A stretch of DNA of 64,000 bases, from assembly GCA_964016885.1 (NCBI GenBank), contig OZ024741.1, forward strand, positions 290,780,001 through 290,844,000, in the 5' to 3' direction. Within the stretch, counting starts at the first letter, position 1. Each line of letters starts with the position of its first letter. This stretch comes from Eledone cirrhosa. Taxonomy: Eukaryota. Under the pieces are notes generated by a model, which saw nothing but the letters and a program-made list of their open reading frames with translations, was not told the DNA's origin and ran no database searches. Below are positions 14,471 through 28,742 of this stretch, in pieces. Both the position numbers and the translations under genes were made by a program.

Positions 14471-15349
14471 ACTAGACATACTATAATAATGCTTCCTCGA
14501 TGTGGTGTTGGTTGCAAATATTTGCAGATATATACATTTCTGACCAAATGAACTTTTCATTTTTCATAAGTTCCAATGTGATTGATGTTTAAATTGGATC
14601 ATATATTTTTAGGGCAAGGAAACTAGTTCAGCCTCCACATGAATTACTAGAACTTTCGTGTGTGATTAGCCAAGCTGACCATTATATCTTCCTAAATCTT
14701 ACTGACCAGAAGCTCTGTACCGAACTAGATACCCCAAGCATGTTAACTGAATCTGGAATGTTATTTATATAATTATAACTTTTATATTTCAGTTTTGGGG
14801 AATGGCACTCTGTGACTACCCTATTAGCAAACAGTTCATTAGAAAATTAGTGTTGTTGACTGTTTCAATGCGGTGGTGATACCTGCTTGGCATGGATGGA
14901 AGGTAACATTTAGTTGTGATAAAATGATCAGTGAAAGAGTTTTCCTTTATGCAGTGATGGTGCTGATGCAGAAAGGAGTAATGTTACGAAAGCAGAATAA
15001 GTAGATAGTAAATAACTTTCTGGTCTCGAGGTGTATCAACAGTTGCAATAGTTGGATAATAGACACTAGAGTTAAACATCGTATAGATATATTTGTGGCT
15101 TTATGTTATTTGGGATTTAGAGTGAAGTTGTACATAACTGTCTGGTAGCATAAATACAATATCATCTGTTACATTCTATAAACGTGAAAACGAGCTATGG
15201 TATAATATGGCTCTCATAACTTGTTTTCGTGAAGAATGAAAATATAAACACATATAATAAATACAATAAATGTAGTGGTTTTTAATGAAATAGGGAGAAA
15301 GTGAAGTCCGAACGAGTATCCTCAACCTAAAACTAACTTATCCTCCACT

Positions 15350-15507
15350 TCTGGGGCCCAGGCGAAAGGATGGAGAATACATTGCCCCGGAGAACGGCGA
15401 GGAAGACGCGCTTGAACAGCGACTCCTGCTCGCGGCGATCGCACCTGCGAGCGGCCAACTCCGCTCCAATAGCAGTGAGTAGGGATGTGGTCCGGGGGCC
15501 AAGAACG
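15350..15507 (-). mobile_element. 3' fragment of a related CRE family
   Basis: Minus strand reads VLGPRTTSLLTAIGAELAARRCDRREQESLFKRVFLAVLRGNVFS, homologous to VIGPKATSLLTTIGAELASRRCEPRKLEWLFQCVSLAVLRGNAFS at about 34684-34820. Confidence 0.85.
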
Positions 15508-16479
15508 TTGGCATTCTACAATGTTACAGGCTCTACCAGAAACCTATCAGAGAGTAGCTCTCATATTTGACTTATATGGAACAAATAATTATTAAAGGCT
15601 AAAGTAGTTTCAGACTTTGAAGTAAAACGCCGTGTTACAGATGTGGTCGCCATGAAAGAAAGATCATAAGAGATTGCAGGATTTAACATTTGTAAAGTTT
15701 GTAAAGGTGTTAGATATGAGTATACTACAGAGCTGGCCGTTGTCACTGTACACCAAACACGTAATAATAACAACAGAAACAACAATAACAACTAACGCTT
15801 CAGTAATCTATAGCATTTTTTTTTCTGTCAAAGATTGCATGTTCTCAAATGTCTTCCGTTTCCTGCTTGTTCAATCTTCAAAGCCAGATTTGGCCACCCC
15901 CATACTTCCACCACCTTGTCTACCATGTCAAATGAACATGACAAGTACCTTCTAAAGAGTTTTAAAATATATTATACATGGGTATGTGTGCATGTATGTG
16001 CATGTATTTGTGTTTGTGCACGTATGCGTGACTATCTGCCAATCACGATTCCATATCTCTGTCTCTGTCTGTCTACCCGGGTGTGCACTCTCACACATAC
16101 CCACACACACATATTAACAGATACACATGCAAACAAACACACACATACCCACACATACATGAACAGACACCCATGCAAACACACACACAACAGTCTTACA
16201 GGCAAACATACCGGTGCACACACGCATTATCAACTGTATGTATGTATGTATGTATGTATGGTCGGGTCTTCGGCGACTAAACCGACAACCCCACCAAGTT
16301 TACTTGGTGAGGAGGGTGATTTTGGGCACCCTGCAGGGAAAAACAAAACCTGATAAAGGGTGGAAGAGCTCATAAGAGTCAACCGCGATCTAAAAATGTG
16401 TAAATATGTATATACATATGTATATATGTGTGTATGTATCTACATGTATACATGTATATGTATATGTACGGGGACATAG

Positions 16480-16740
16480 AAATAATCGGGCTGGATACCC
16501 GATCGTGCGGTTAAACCACTGGTAGTGAAGGACCGCTAGCCTTTGTCAGGGCATTCTTCTAGGAGAAGGCAACTCAGGAAACTGGGATAACTCTGATATA
16601 AAACCTGCGACTCAGTAGTTACCGATGATGTTGATCTTTTCTTCTTTTCGGGTTATGGCTACTGTCGCTGAGAGAGTGGGATTGGCTCAGTGCACAGTCT
16701 TTCCTCACTTTAAAAAAATCTTCAAGCACAGGCATTGCAC
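16480..16740 (+). mobile_element. RTE 5'-UTR-like repeat
   Basis: CTAGGAGAAGGCAACTC...CTCTGATATAAAACCT resembles RTE 5' UTRs as I recall them; not verified. Confidence 0.35.
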
Positions 16741-16814
16741 GATAACATTAATTGATAATTATTGATACTGTTGTATCGTGCAATGACCATTCTAGATAAC
16801 GAGAGAGCAGCCAT

Positions 16815-16866
<52 letters not shown>

Positions 16867-16906
16867 TCTCTCCCACTCTCTCCCTCTCTCTCCCACTCTC
16901 TCACTC

Positions 16907-16961
<55 letters not shown>

Positions 16962-16967
16962 CTATCT

Positions 16968-17037
16968 GTATGTAAAATCCCCGGCATGTCTTTGTATTGT
17001 CCCCTTTCTTGTTGCGCCCTTGTGGCTAATAAAGAAA
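16968..17037 (+). mobile_element. About 70-bp 3' stub of the same Tx1 family
   Basis: TTTGTATTGTCCCCTT...TGTGGCTAATAAAGAAA matches the 3' termini at about 5519-5565 (-) and 18300-18349 (+). Flanked by (TCTA)n on both sides. Confidence 0.8.
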
Positions 17038-17054
17038 TCTATCTATCTATCTAT

Positions 17055-18349
17055 GAAGATGGATCTCCTCACCATAGGAGCCCGCTTCTTCCAAAGGAAT
17101 TGGAAATGGAGCGCGTACTCTTCCAATTCCTTTGGAAGAAGCGGGCTCCTATGGTGAGGAGACCCATCTGCTGTCAACACGCTTCGAAAGGAGGGCTGGG
17201 GATGCCGTGGCTAATGATACGTAAACACGCATTAAGGCTACGGCACCTTCAGGCATTCTTCTCCGGTCAATCGGTGTGGGCCTCATTTGTGAGGCGAGCC
17301 TTTCCCAGACTCGTCTCACTCACCGAGCTGCAATCCTGGGTCAAGCAAAGACCGAGAAAACTGGGCGCCTGGCACACCGAGTGTGCCCAGGCGCTCACGG
17401 CTCTCTGGCAGGCGGACCCGGCTGTCAGTGGAGAATCCACCTCGTCATTCTATAGAGGGCTGGTGGTTAGCAGGTGCGACGACGCCCCGGAGAAGCCCTA
17501 GACATGGAGGAAGACGAACTGGCCAACCTGTTCGGTAGGACATTCAGCCCGGGACCCATGGATAACTTCCAGAGGTCCCTGGCCTGGCAATGCTACAGAA
17601 GGGCTCTGCCCGTTCGAGGAAGGCTCTACAGACACGGGCGCCCGGGTAGGGACCCCTCGAAAAAGATCTGTCCCAGATGCGTGTGCGACGAGGAAACCGT
17701 TGCACACGCATTGGTACACTGCTCGGGCATTGCCGATCTGTGGGGCTATGTCGAACAACTGCTGTCAAGGGTGGGACCGATCCGGTTGACCACCGAGTCC
17801 ATTGTAACGATCAAGCCGCCTCCCCTCTTCAAAAACGAAGAAGAGGCGGTGTTTCTGTGCGTAATAGCCATGGCGAAAGAGGTTGTATGGTGGACGCGTC
17901 TGAAAGGACTGAGGACAGACACCTTTCTCTCTGGCCAACAACTGGTCCGTTTCTTCCGATATCATTTCGGAAGAAGGATCAGGATGGAGAGAGAGGTACT
18001 GCACCCCAGCCGTTTTTATGAAAGATGGGTGAAAGTGGCGAGAATGGCCCGTGTGAATGGGCCTTCACTCTACATCAGACTATAGGTGAGGAAGATGAAA
18101 GACCAAGGGAGCACCCTTTCTCTGTGCTCCTGAGGAAAAGGGTTGCACACTTTTTTTTCGGTGGTGTGTGCGACCCCCAAGGCGCCTCCTCTCTATTGAG
18201 GATTTTGTTATAAATTTTATTCTGTTATATTTTATTTTATTTTTGTATTTTGTTATTGCCTCCTCCTTATTGAGGACGCCTTGTTTTGTAAACTCCCCCC
18301 ATTGTACTTGTCCCACTTTTGATGCCCTGGTGGCAAATAAAAGAAACAC
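17055..18349 (+). mobile_element. Tx1/L1-clade LINE, second 5'-truncated copy with 5' inverted duplication
   Basis: ORFs 16986..17501 and 17474..18085 closely match the 5756-6768 proteins (GGLGMPWL, CPRCVCDEETVAHALVHC). Frameshift near 17490. Confidence 0.9.
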
Positions 18350-18592
<243 letters not shown>

Positions 18593-18679
18593 TAGTGACT
18601 ATTTGTCCGTATATTTACATACTTAGTACCCAAAATTTATTTCCTATATTTTTCCATTCATAATATATCCACAATGTCA

Positions 18680-19450
18680 AAATTCAACGGTTGTCCTCCA
18701 TTTGTGTAGAGGTACAACATTTTCTTTGGCCTATCTTTCGTTTTAATCAAGGTACGTGCAACAAAGTATATTTGTGTTCGTGCATTGAGAGCCCTCATTC
18801 TAGTATTTTTGGCCAACTCAATTACAAAAATTGAATGTAGATAGAAAATCCTGACATCAAATATTACGGACGGTTGACTAAATAAAATCCAGCTGTTCAG
18901 GTTTTAGAACAGCTGAGGTAAGAGAAAACTCTCAGGAGAGCTGGACAGAAGAAGGTCTTCAGAGACGAAACCACCTCAAACAGTGTTTGGGCCCTTACCA
19001 CGATCTAGGTAACAATCATATCCACTGATATATACTATAATTTCAATGTGAAAACGAAATAGAAGCGGTATAAACATATACTAAACAGGGTACATAACAA
19101 TGACCTAGCCACACCCTTTTGACAAGAAGATCAAGGTACACTGTCCTGTTATAATAATCAAGGTGTGGATCCAAAATACATGCTCACTGGTAGACATCAC
19201 TATCCTTTCTGGACAAAATATTGCTCGAAAAGAAATGGAAAATATATTAAAACACAAGGCTCTCGAAATTGAAATAGACAGAATGTGATGCATAATGGTA
19301 AAAGCATTGACAATAATAATGGAATGACAGGAAATATAAAAGCTATAGTATTCACAAACTTTCAGTCTGTGCCCCAAATATAACTCAGCAAGGAAGATAT
19401 CAAATTTTGCAAAAGACATTATCGATACAATCATATGCCGATATGATCTA
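18680..19450 (+). mobile_element. Possible highly degenerate PLE relic
   Basis: Only weak GIY-YIG C-terminal-like peptide (CSLVDITILSGQNIARKEME). Confidence 0.25.
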
Positions 19451-19555
19451 ATATATACTCGCAATATTTAAGTAAATTAAGGTTATGTATACACTCGCGT
19501 GCGCTCACACATATATACATACATACAGAGAGACACACATACACACAGACACACA

Positions 19556-19628
<73 letters not shown>

Positions 19629-19649
19629 ATATATATATATATACATGGC

Positions 19650-20400
19650 TTTTTAGGGAACGTCTAGCCTATTACTATTAACGGGAGACTGAAACGGCAT
19701 CTTAGACACAAACCGGGTCTATGAGGGAGTAGTTGATAAAAGCGGAACGTGCAAAAACCTTATAAACGTAATCTGGCAGTTATCTGGACCAATCACATAG
19801 CGCCATCTAGATCGTATTTAAATAGATTTTAATTTAGATACCATAAGGTGACTACAATTTCAAACGGTCACCTATTCCGACCATGTATTTTTGATTTGTA
19901 TAGTCGACCTAGATAGAACGTTGATAGGATCCGGTTATTGGAAGCTTAACGCCCTTTTACCTGTGCGTAAAGCCTACAATGACCGGATCAGGGGACAGGG
20001 GCAGTCGTCAACATGTGGTGATAGCGATTAGAGTAAAATAAATAGAATTTAGTAAAGTGTAGCAATAAGAAAAATAGAATGGAGATTAAGATAGTTGGTA
20101 AATTAGAAATGGCGATTAGGAGTTTCATTGCAACCTATATGTTAGCTGCGTGAATGGCACTAGACTGTTTTCCCAATCTGGAACAAGAAGAGTACATTGT
20201 AAGAGCTAAAGGGCGTGGCCTGAAGAACAAGGAAACGCAAATTGTTCAATTGACTAGAGTAGCAGGAGCGTAGTGTGGCAAAAAGCCACAATTCAGACTT
20301 TAACAGACGAAGACGTGTGTGTGCTTCACGATTCCAAGCATATGTGTGCGGGGTTTTAGCTGCACTTTGCGCCACTGTACGTGGCGCGCGGTTGGCCGGA
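19650..20400 (+). mobile_element. Degenerate Tx1-like endonuclease fragment
   Basis: GGAGACTGAAACGGCATCTTAGAC (GD*NGILD) and GTCACCTATTCCGACCAT (VTYSDH); collinear with 9770-10390. Confidence 0.6.
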
Positions 20401-20435
20401 GACGGTAGTGAACTGCAAAGCTAACCTCAGTGTCA

Positions 20436-20962
20436 TAATAATTGTTACTACCTTTTGACACAAGGCTAGTAATTATTGGTGCTTTATTTTATTGACCCTG
20501 TAAGTATGAAAGGCCAAGTTAACCTCGGCGGGATTTGAACTCAGAACGTAAAGGGTCATAACTCTATGCTGTAAAGCATGCCGTCTAACGCTCTACCGCT
20601 ACTGCCAATCCAGCGGCTTAATCAGCCAATCCTCAGCGTGATAATAAGGGTAGAGATGTGACCAAAAAAAAAAAGAAAAAAAAAGTAGAAAACAACAGAG
20701 AGAACTACCCTAACAAGAACAGCAAGAACTCCGAAAATAATGGTTTCGTATATACGCACAAGGCCAGCAATGTTTTGGTGAGGAGGGGAAATTAGATTAA
20801 ATCGACTCCAGTGCGTGACTGGTATTTTATATTATCGACCCCGTAAGGGTGAAAGGCAAAGTTAATCTCGGCGGGATTTGAACTCAGATCATAAAGGGCC
20901 ATAACTCTAAGCTGTAAAGCATGGCGTCTGACCCTCTACCGATACTCTCAATCCACCGCCCT
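20436..20962 (-). mobile_element. Two SINE family 1 copies (about 20436-20615 and 20735-20962)
   Basis: CTCGGCGGGATTTGAACTCAGA and family body on the minus strand. Confidence 0.8.
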
Positions 20963-21319
20963 AAGAACTCCGAAAATAATAACAACTGTAACTAAAATAA
21001 CCAGAGCAACAGTAATCGAAGCAACAAATAAACTATAAAGAGTAATAACAGCTTAGTTCTAATAAAACAACAATGACAACAGATACACAACAATAGGTGT
21101 AGTTCACCCAGTGCTTTTTGATGCTCGTCCTTTCTTCCAGATATCTCACAAAAACAAATAATACTTCTAAAGATATGCTACAAAAAACTCAGCCCATCAC
21201 CATTTGTATAAATATATATATATAAATACTACGCCAAAATATACATTAAAAAGCGCATTCATACGTGCATAGACAGTTATCTTTTAAACTGTATACGTTT
21301 TAGGATATGCATATATATG

Positions 21320-21407
<88 letters not shown>

Positions 21408-21441
21408 AACTACTTATATATATAAATACACATACATATTA

Positions 21442-21480
<39 letters not shown>

Positions 21481-21536
21481 CACACATACATACATACATA
21501 TATACATACGTACATGCACACACATATATATATATA

Positions 21537-21606
<70 letters not shown>

Positions 21607-22020
21607 TACATATATGCACTGGCAAGTAGAAGAGGAAGAGGGAGAGAGAGATTACGGTAATTACGTAAGGGAGCTGCCGTACTGGTCCTATTATTTGCTC
21701 TTTATTCTATAGAATCTCCCTTTATATAAATAGCTGTCCGTAGTAAAAACGTCTGTTATATATATATGAATAGACTCGACTAGTCTTTCCTTTTGTACTC
21801 CTACTCCAACAAAACAATTCACCAGCACTTGATTTCTTAACATAACTGGACGAAGAGAAATGAACACAAGAACTTTGAGCAACGGGCTAAACAACTTTTT
21901 GATAGCTTTATATTTTTTACACGTAACCCCATACACATTCACACACATTATTCACCTACACACATGATATATGTATGTAAAAGGTAAACAGAAATAACAA
22001 CACAATTGGTACACACACAC

Positions 22021-22060
<40 letters not shown>

Positions 22061-22282
22061 ATATGAATTTATTTATGTCTCTGACCCCACTGAGATGCCA
22101 CCAGCTCGGTTTAAATATTGACTTTCGTCTGTGACGACACCTACAGCTTTTGTAGATGATGATGATTATGATGATGATGTTACTTTTCCCAAACTAGTAA
22201 GTCCATTATTGAACTTCCTACTCCACACTATACAGGAAGTAGAGCGTAGATATTTAAAACATGCTGTTATATATACATATAA

Positions 22283-22322
<40 letters not shown>

Positions 22323-22370
22323 AAAGCAGCGATTCTTAGCTTAAACTTTAATCTGTTATTTTAATAAATA

Positions 22371-22497
<127 letters not shown>

Positions 22498-22511
22498 ATA
22501 TATATATATAT

Positions 22512-23149
22512 ATGCGAAGAATACCAATGATATCAGCAGACTACTGATGATGGACATTCCTGTTTCTCGGTCTATTTTCATTCATATCTTCATATTCGCA
22601 ACAACGCAGCACGCCATTTTTCATTCACATACATATTTTTCCCTTCGCTGTGGTTCGTATTTTTTCTGTCACCTTACTGCTATCCTCTTTCTCTCACCCC
22701 GTCTTCTTTCCCCTTTACCTCTTTCTTTCTTCCACCCCCGCTGCTGGTCACACACTCTCGGTTGGCACCTTCCTCACACTTTCACTCACTCACTCACTCA
22801 CTCACTCACTCACTCTCTGCTACTCCTCCTCACTCACTTCCTCCCGTCTGACCTGCGTGAAATTCTTTCCTCTCTCACTTTTCTCGTGGCTCGGACGCGT
22901 CTGTCTCTTCTCGTCATTTGATTTGTCGGACTTAAGCCCACAAAGTTCATTGACTTGTCTCTCTTTTCCTCTCTTTACGTTGCATTACTACCATCTTGTT
23001 TGTTTACTTTCCTCTGTCCCGATAACTTAATTTAGTTATCGCTCCCACTGATTTAAGGTATCTAGTCTTTAATGCGAAGAAATACCAATGATAATCAGCA
23101 GACTACTGATGATGGACATTCCTGTTTCTCGGTCTATTTTCATTCATAT
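22512..23149 (+). repeat. About 77-bp direct repeats (22512-22587, 23072-23149) flanking a pyrimidine-rich core
   Basis: ATGCGAAGA(A)ATACCAATGATA(A)TCAGCAGACTACTGATGATGGACATTCCTGTTTCTCGGTCTATTTTCATTCATAT occurs twice. Confidence 0.85.
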
Positions 23150-23150
23150 G

Positions 23151-23222
<72 letters not shown>

Positions 23223-23224
<2 letters not shown>

Positions 23225-23755
23225 CGATGGGGCTTTTCAAAACGTTTGTGGAAAAAGTACATAGCTAAAAATCATATGCTGCGATTTTGATCTCAATGCA
23301 CCTGTATGTTCTCGTACTAACGTGTCATAACATGTTCTAACATGAACCCTTTAAAGCAGGTTCCAACGTGGCGCCACCACCAGTCGGAAATCAGTCCCTG
23401 CTCGAGTGACATGGCTTCTATCTAAACATCAAATTAATGATGAAGCTAGGGTAGAAGAGCACCCAAATCTCTGGAGCAAGTTTATAGGGACAATACTCCA
23501 AAGAAATCAACAAATTACAAAAGGGATAAGTCGTTTAGAAGTGGAAGAGATGAGATTGAAGATGATCCACAGTTGAAGATCTAAAAAAAGCTGCTTTGAC
23601 ATGGTTTAAATCGCATGGCGCTCAATATTACACAGATGGACTTAAAAGCTGATATCAATGCTTGCAGAAGTGCATTGAACTAGATGTAGCATATGTTGAA
23701 AACCGCATTTTCCAAATGTTCTTATTCCACGAACTTTTTGTAGCCCCTTCGCATA
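23223..23755 (+). mobile_element. Mariner/Tc1 internal-deletion derivative
   Basis: Imperfect TIRs TACGATGGGGCTTTTCAAAACGTTTGTGGAA / TTCCACGAACTTTTTGTAGCCCCTTCGCATA. Transposase HTH relic VYRDNTPKKST...RFRSGRDEIEDDP. Confidence 0.75.
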
Positions 23756-24294
23756 TATGTATGTACTCGTGCCTGTGTTTAAATTTGTATCGATGTCGTT
23801 GTTTAAGTTCTGTAACTTAGCTGTTCGATAAAAAGAAGATAATAACATAAGTTCCACATTGAACGAAAAAATTGTATGGTCGATATAATAGTCTTACCGT
23901 GGTGCACTGGCAAGAACGCATTCTACTGATTGAAACTAACAAAAAGAATGAACAATCTGTTTGTTTCGACAACTCTTTGTCTTTTCAGGCGGTGATGTGA
24001 CGACAAAGAAAATTTCTTATTTTGTCGAATTGTCGATAGTAGTCGGCTATAAGGATTTAGTAAGTAGCGTGACTTGATGCAAATAAGTGTTAAGAGATCA
24101 GTAGATTTATATATAACTGGAATAATTTATCTCAGGAAGGAAGCAGGGAAAAATACACCCAGAGTTATATACTCATAAGTATATCAATTTAAACATACAT
24201 GGGTAGTTCTACATGGGATACACACAAACACATATATATATGTATACATACATACATACATACATATATACATGAGAGAGAGAGAGAGAAAGAA

Positions 24295-24329
<35 letters not shown>

Positions 24330-24793
24330 TGCATACACACAAACACACGTGCGTGCAGACACATAGATACAAAGATGGTGTGTTTGTATAATTGTGCCTA
24401 GTGGACCATTCAGGTATTTAAGCGAGTGTTTATCTTATTCAGTGAAAATACACCCCTTAGATACACCCGTTAAGTCAATAAATTCTAATAGGTACATTCT
24501 CGTCACGGACGTTCCTATAGCACTTTTATTTGTAATCATAATTACGGAGAAAGAAAACGTTAAGAACGCATGCGCATGTTAAACTATTCTCTTGCAATAA
24601 ACCTGTATATCTACATACATCTACAGAACAGACAGACACATATTCTCACACACAATTTTCTATGCATTAAACAAAAAACAAAAAAAAACGAGCATGTCTG
24701 CATGCATATGTTATAAATATATATGTGAGTGTATAAGCGTTGAGCGGGCATATACATTGCTTCGGTATGTTTGTGCCTCTTGCGTATGTATAT

Positions 24794-25041
<248 letters not shown>

Positions 25042-25228
25042 ATAATAATAAATTTGAAGACTAAAATCCAAAGAGGGCTCGATAAGTATAAATATATATC
25101 AAATATATAAGAACCGTAGAGCAAATATTTATTAAAATAACAGATTAAAGTTTAAGCAAAGAATCGCTGCTTTCACCCTTCCCGTTAAGGCTGAAAGCAC
25201 CGATTCTTTGCTTAAACTTTAATCTGTT

Positions 25229-25286
<58 letters not shown>

Positions 25287-25360
25287 CTTACATTGCCCAT
25301 TGAGTGCGCTGAGATACAACCGGTACTGGCATTGATAAATATGCTAGGTCCATCAACCCT

Positions 25361-25399
<39 letters not shown>

Positions 25400-25646
25400 T
25401 TTATCCTAGGTTCAACCGGGGGTAACCACAGTAAGTAAGGTACTCAATACATAGCAGAGTATAAATATTCAATATAGAAATGGCTTCTACAGAACTAGAA
25501 CTGTTTCATTCAGGAGAAATCATCAGGAATCATCAGGGTTTCCTGATGATTTCTCCCGAATCAAACAGTTCTAGTCCTGTAGAAGCCATTTCTATATATA
25601 TTATATATATACGTGTGTCTGTGTTTGTATATATATGTGTATATTC

Positions 25647-25677
<31 letters not shown>

Positions 25678-25944
25678 TGGCCCTATGTCGTACATCAGGT
25701 TGGGGAACAAGGTAGTACGGTATACACACACACATTCGTGTGTGTATGTGGTGTACATTTGTGTGTACTAGTGTGCCGCTGGCTAAGTCATAGATGCTTT
25801 TTCCCCCAAACGATTCTATTCATTCTGTCTTCTCACTCTCTATCTTTCTATTTCTTCTTTTATGCCTCATTCCATCTTCTGAAGATGGACTAGTGTAAGA
25901 AACGTTAAAATGTTTTTTCTATTATATCAAGCGTTAAACTAATA

Positions 25945-26133
25945 TAATTGTTTCTACTTTTGGCACAAGGCCAGCAATTATCCCAGTGTATTACTGGTAC
26001 TTTATTTTATCGACACTGTAAGGATGAAAGGCAAAGTTAACCCCGGCGGGATTTGAACTCAGACCGTAACGGGCCGTAACTCTTTGCTGCAAAGCATGGC
26101 ATCCGACCCTCTACCGATACTGCCAACCCACCG
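25945..26133 (-). mobile_element. SINE family 1
   Basis: Full-length match to the family consensus. Confidence 0.85.
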
Positions 26134-26416
26134 TGAAAGTAATATAATCCCGTATTGTTTGCTTCGTTGTTTACATTTAGATTTTGCATATACTCGTATA
26201 TGTGTATGTGTGTGTGAGTGTGTGTGTATGAGTGCGTGAAGGTGCATGGCCTAGTGTTTAGGGCTCTGGGTTGTGAGGTTTTGAGTCCAATTCCTGGATC
26301 GGGTGGTGTTGTGCCTCCTTGAGGCACTTCATTCCTCATTGATCCATTTTACTGAGCCGTAGAAAATATACATGTATATACGCACACATATATATATGTA
26401 ATCACGCACGCACAAA

Positions 26417-26452
<36 letters not shown>

Positions 26453-26725
26453 CGTTTCTGAATTTGTTTAGCAATATTCTTTATCTGAAAACGTGTGTTG
26501 AAACGGATATTGTTATGCTTTGGGAGGGTCATGTTGCCAATAAGAAACACACGCACCAATTGTGGTCACTCAATTTATTATAAATTAAATTTACAAATTC
26601 CAAAATTTATAAATTTAATTTATAATAAATTGAAGTGAAAGCAACTGGTGCGTGCGTTTCCTATTGGCAACATGACCCCCCCCCCAAAGCATAACAATAT
26701 ATATATATATATATATATATATCAT

Positions 26726-26799
<74 letters not shown>

Positions 26800-26802
26800 A
26801 AC

Positions 26803-26835
<33 letters not shown>

Positions 26836-26838
26836 TAC

Positions 26839-26941
<103 letters not shown>

Positions 26942-26944
26942 TAT

Positions 26945-27132
26945 ATTGTTTCTACTTTTGGCACAAGGCCAGCAATTACCCAGTACATTACTGGTACTTT
27001 ATTTTATCGACCCCGTAAGGATGAAAGGCAAAGTTAACCTCGGCGGGATTTGAACTCAGAATGGCAAGGGCCGTAACTCTATGCGTCAAAGCATGGCGTC
27101 CGACCCTCACCCGACGCTGCCAATCCACCGCC
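26945..27132 (-). mobile_element. SINE family 1
   Basis: Full-length match; lies within (TA)n. Confidence 0.85.
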
Positions 27133-27169
27133 TATATATATATATATTGTTATATATATATGTATATAT

Positions 27170-27200
<31 letters not shown>

Positions 27201-27515
27201 TTTTTTTTTTTTCTTTTTTTTTTTTAGATAGACAAGAGGTGACCGCTGAACGGAAATATTTCAAGTCCTGTTAGGCATTTGGTCTTTATGGACTGATTCA
27301 TCTGTTAACATTTTGAATAATGTATATATATATACATATTTATCCTGGGTTCAATCGGGGTAACCACAGTAAGTAAAGTACTCAATACGCATTAGAGTAT
27401 AAATATTTAATATAGAAATGGCTTCTACGGGACTATAACTGTTTTATTCGGGAGAAATCATCAGGAAAGCCTGATGATTTTTTCCCGAATTAAATATTTC
27501 TATTCCCGTAGAAGC

Positions 27516-27620
<105 letters not shown>

Positions 27621-27641
27621 ACTCTCTCTCTCGCTCTCTCT

Positions 27642-27718
<77 letters not shown>

Positions 27719-28698
27719 TATATAATTGGATATTTAGTAAAATCGAATCTCTGGCGGTTTGCAAGCAAATTCGGCCGACTTATAAGGTGATGAGTTAGCA
27801 AAGCACTCGATAAGTTAGGTCCTTAGAGTAATAACATACGTTTAAATAGCTTGACAAATCTAACATTGTGGTAGGCAAAATCTAACCCACAATAACATAC
27901 CAAAGTAACGATAGAACTAACAGGTTGAGAAAAATACACCTGGACAAATCAAACGATTATACGCCTAAAGTGTTTCTATGAATCCGAAATCAAATATCAG
28001 ACTTACGTGACTGGCAAGCTCCAGGTATTTTTGATCGAACAGAGGATTCATTTTATCAACAGGTTTTCGTTCTACCAAGGACGGGGTGATAGGCTAAATG
28101 TTGCTGCTGTGTCGCGGCGTATCGTATCTATAGCTGTCACGTGTTAATTCCAGCAAGGGAAATAACCCCCGGTTTTTGTCGGGTCATTCAAAATGTTAGA
28201 CAGAGGAAATATTTTAATTCCCTCTAATCATCAGAATAAGCTCTCGACCAGATGTTATAAAACAAACATAAATAATTAACCAATCAACAGAATTGTCTAA
28301 TTAAATTAATTAGTTAATATATATATATATAGTAATAATAATAAATTTGAAGACTAAAATCCAAAGAGGGCTCGATTTAATAAATATATATATATATATA
28401 TCTAATATATATTTGTGAAATGGGTGGTGGTTGAAATTCAGATGTGCACGGTTAAATGGTAGTAGACGTGGTCGGACTGACATGAAAATTTACAGACCTA
28501 TGTAAAAAGTGCCAAAGAAGCAAATAGACGCGGTTTCAAATCTGTAACTTGAAAAATGTGGTCCCTGGGGCCCCAAAACTATCGCGTTTGGTGAGTTATT
28601 TCCCCCTGTTCTAATACTTTTGTCTTATTTACAATTTCATACAAATAAAGCAGTAAATAAAGGATTGTGAGTTCATGCAATTGACTTATGTTTCGTCA

Positions 28699-28742
<44 letters not shown>

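Noticed and set aside
15625-15710. CYRCG zinc-knuckle-like remnant
   Set aside because: Too short and disrupted to assign.
16260-16380. Possible HDV-like ribozyme in a GC-rich structured repeat
   Set aside because: Hairpins are present (CACCAAGT/ACTTGGTG) but I could not build the nested double pseudoknot.
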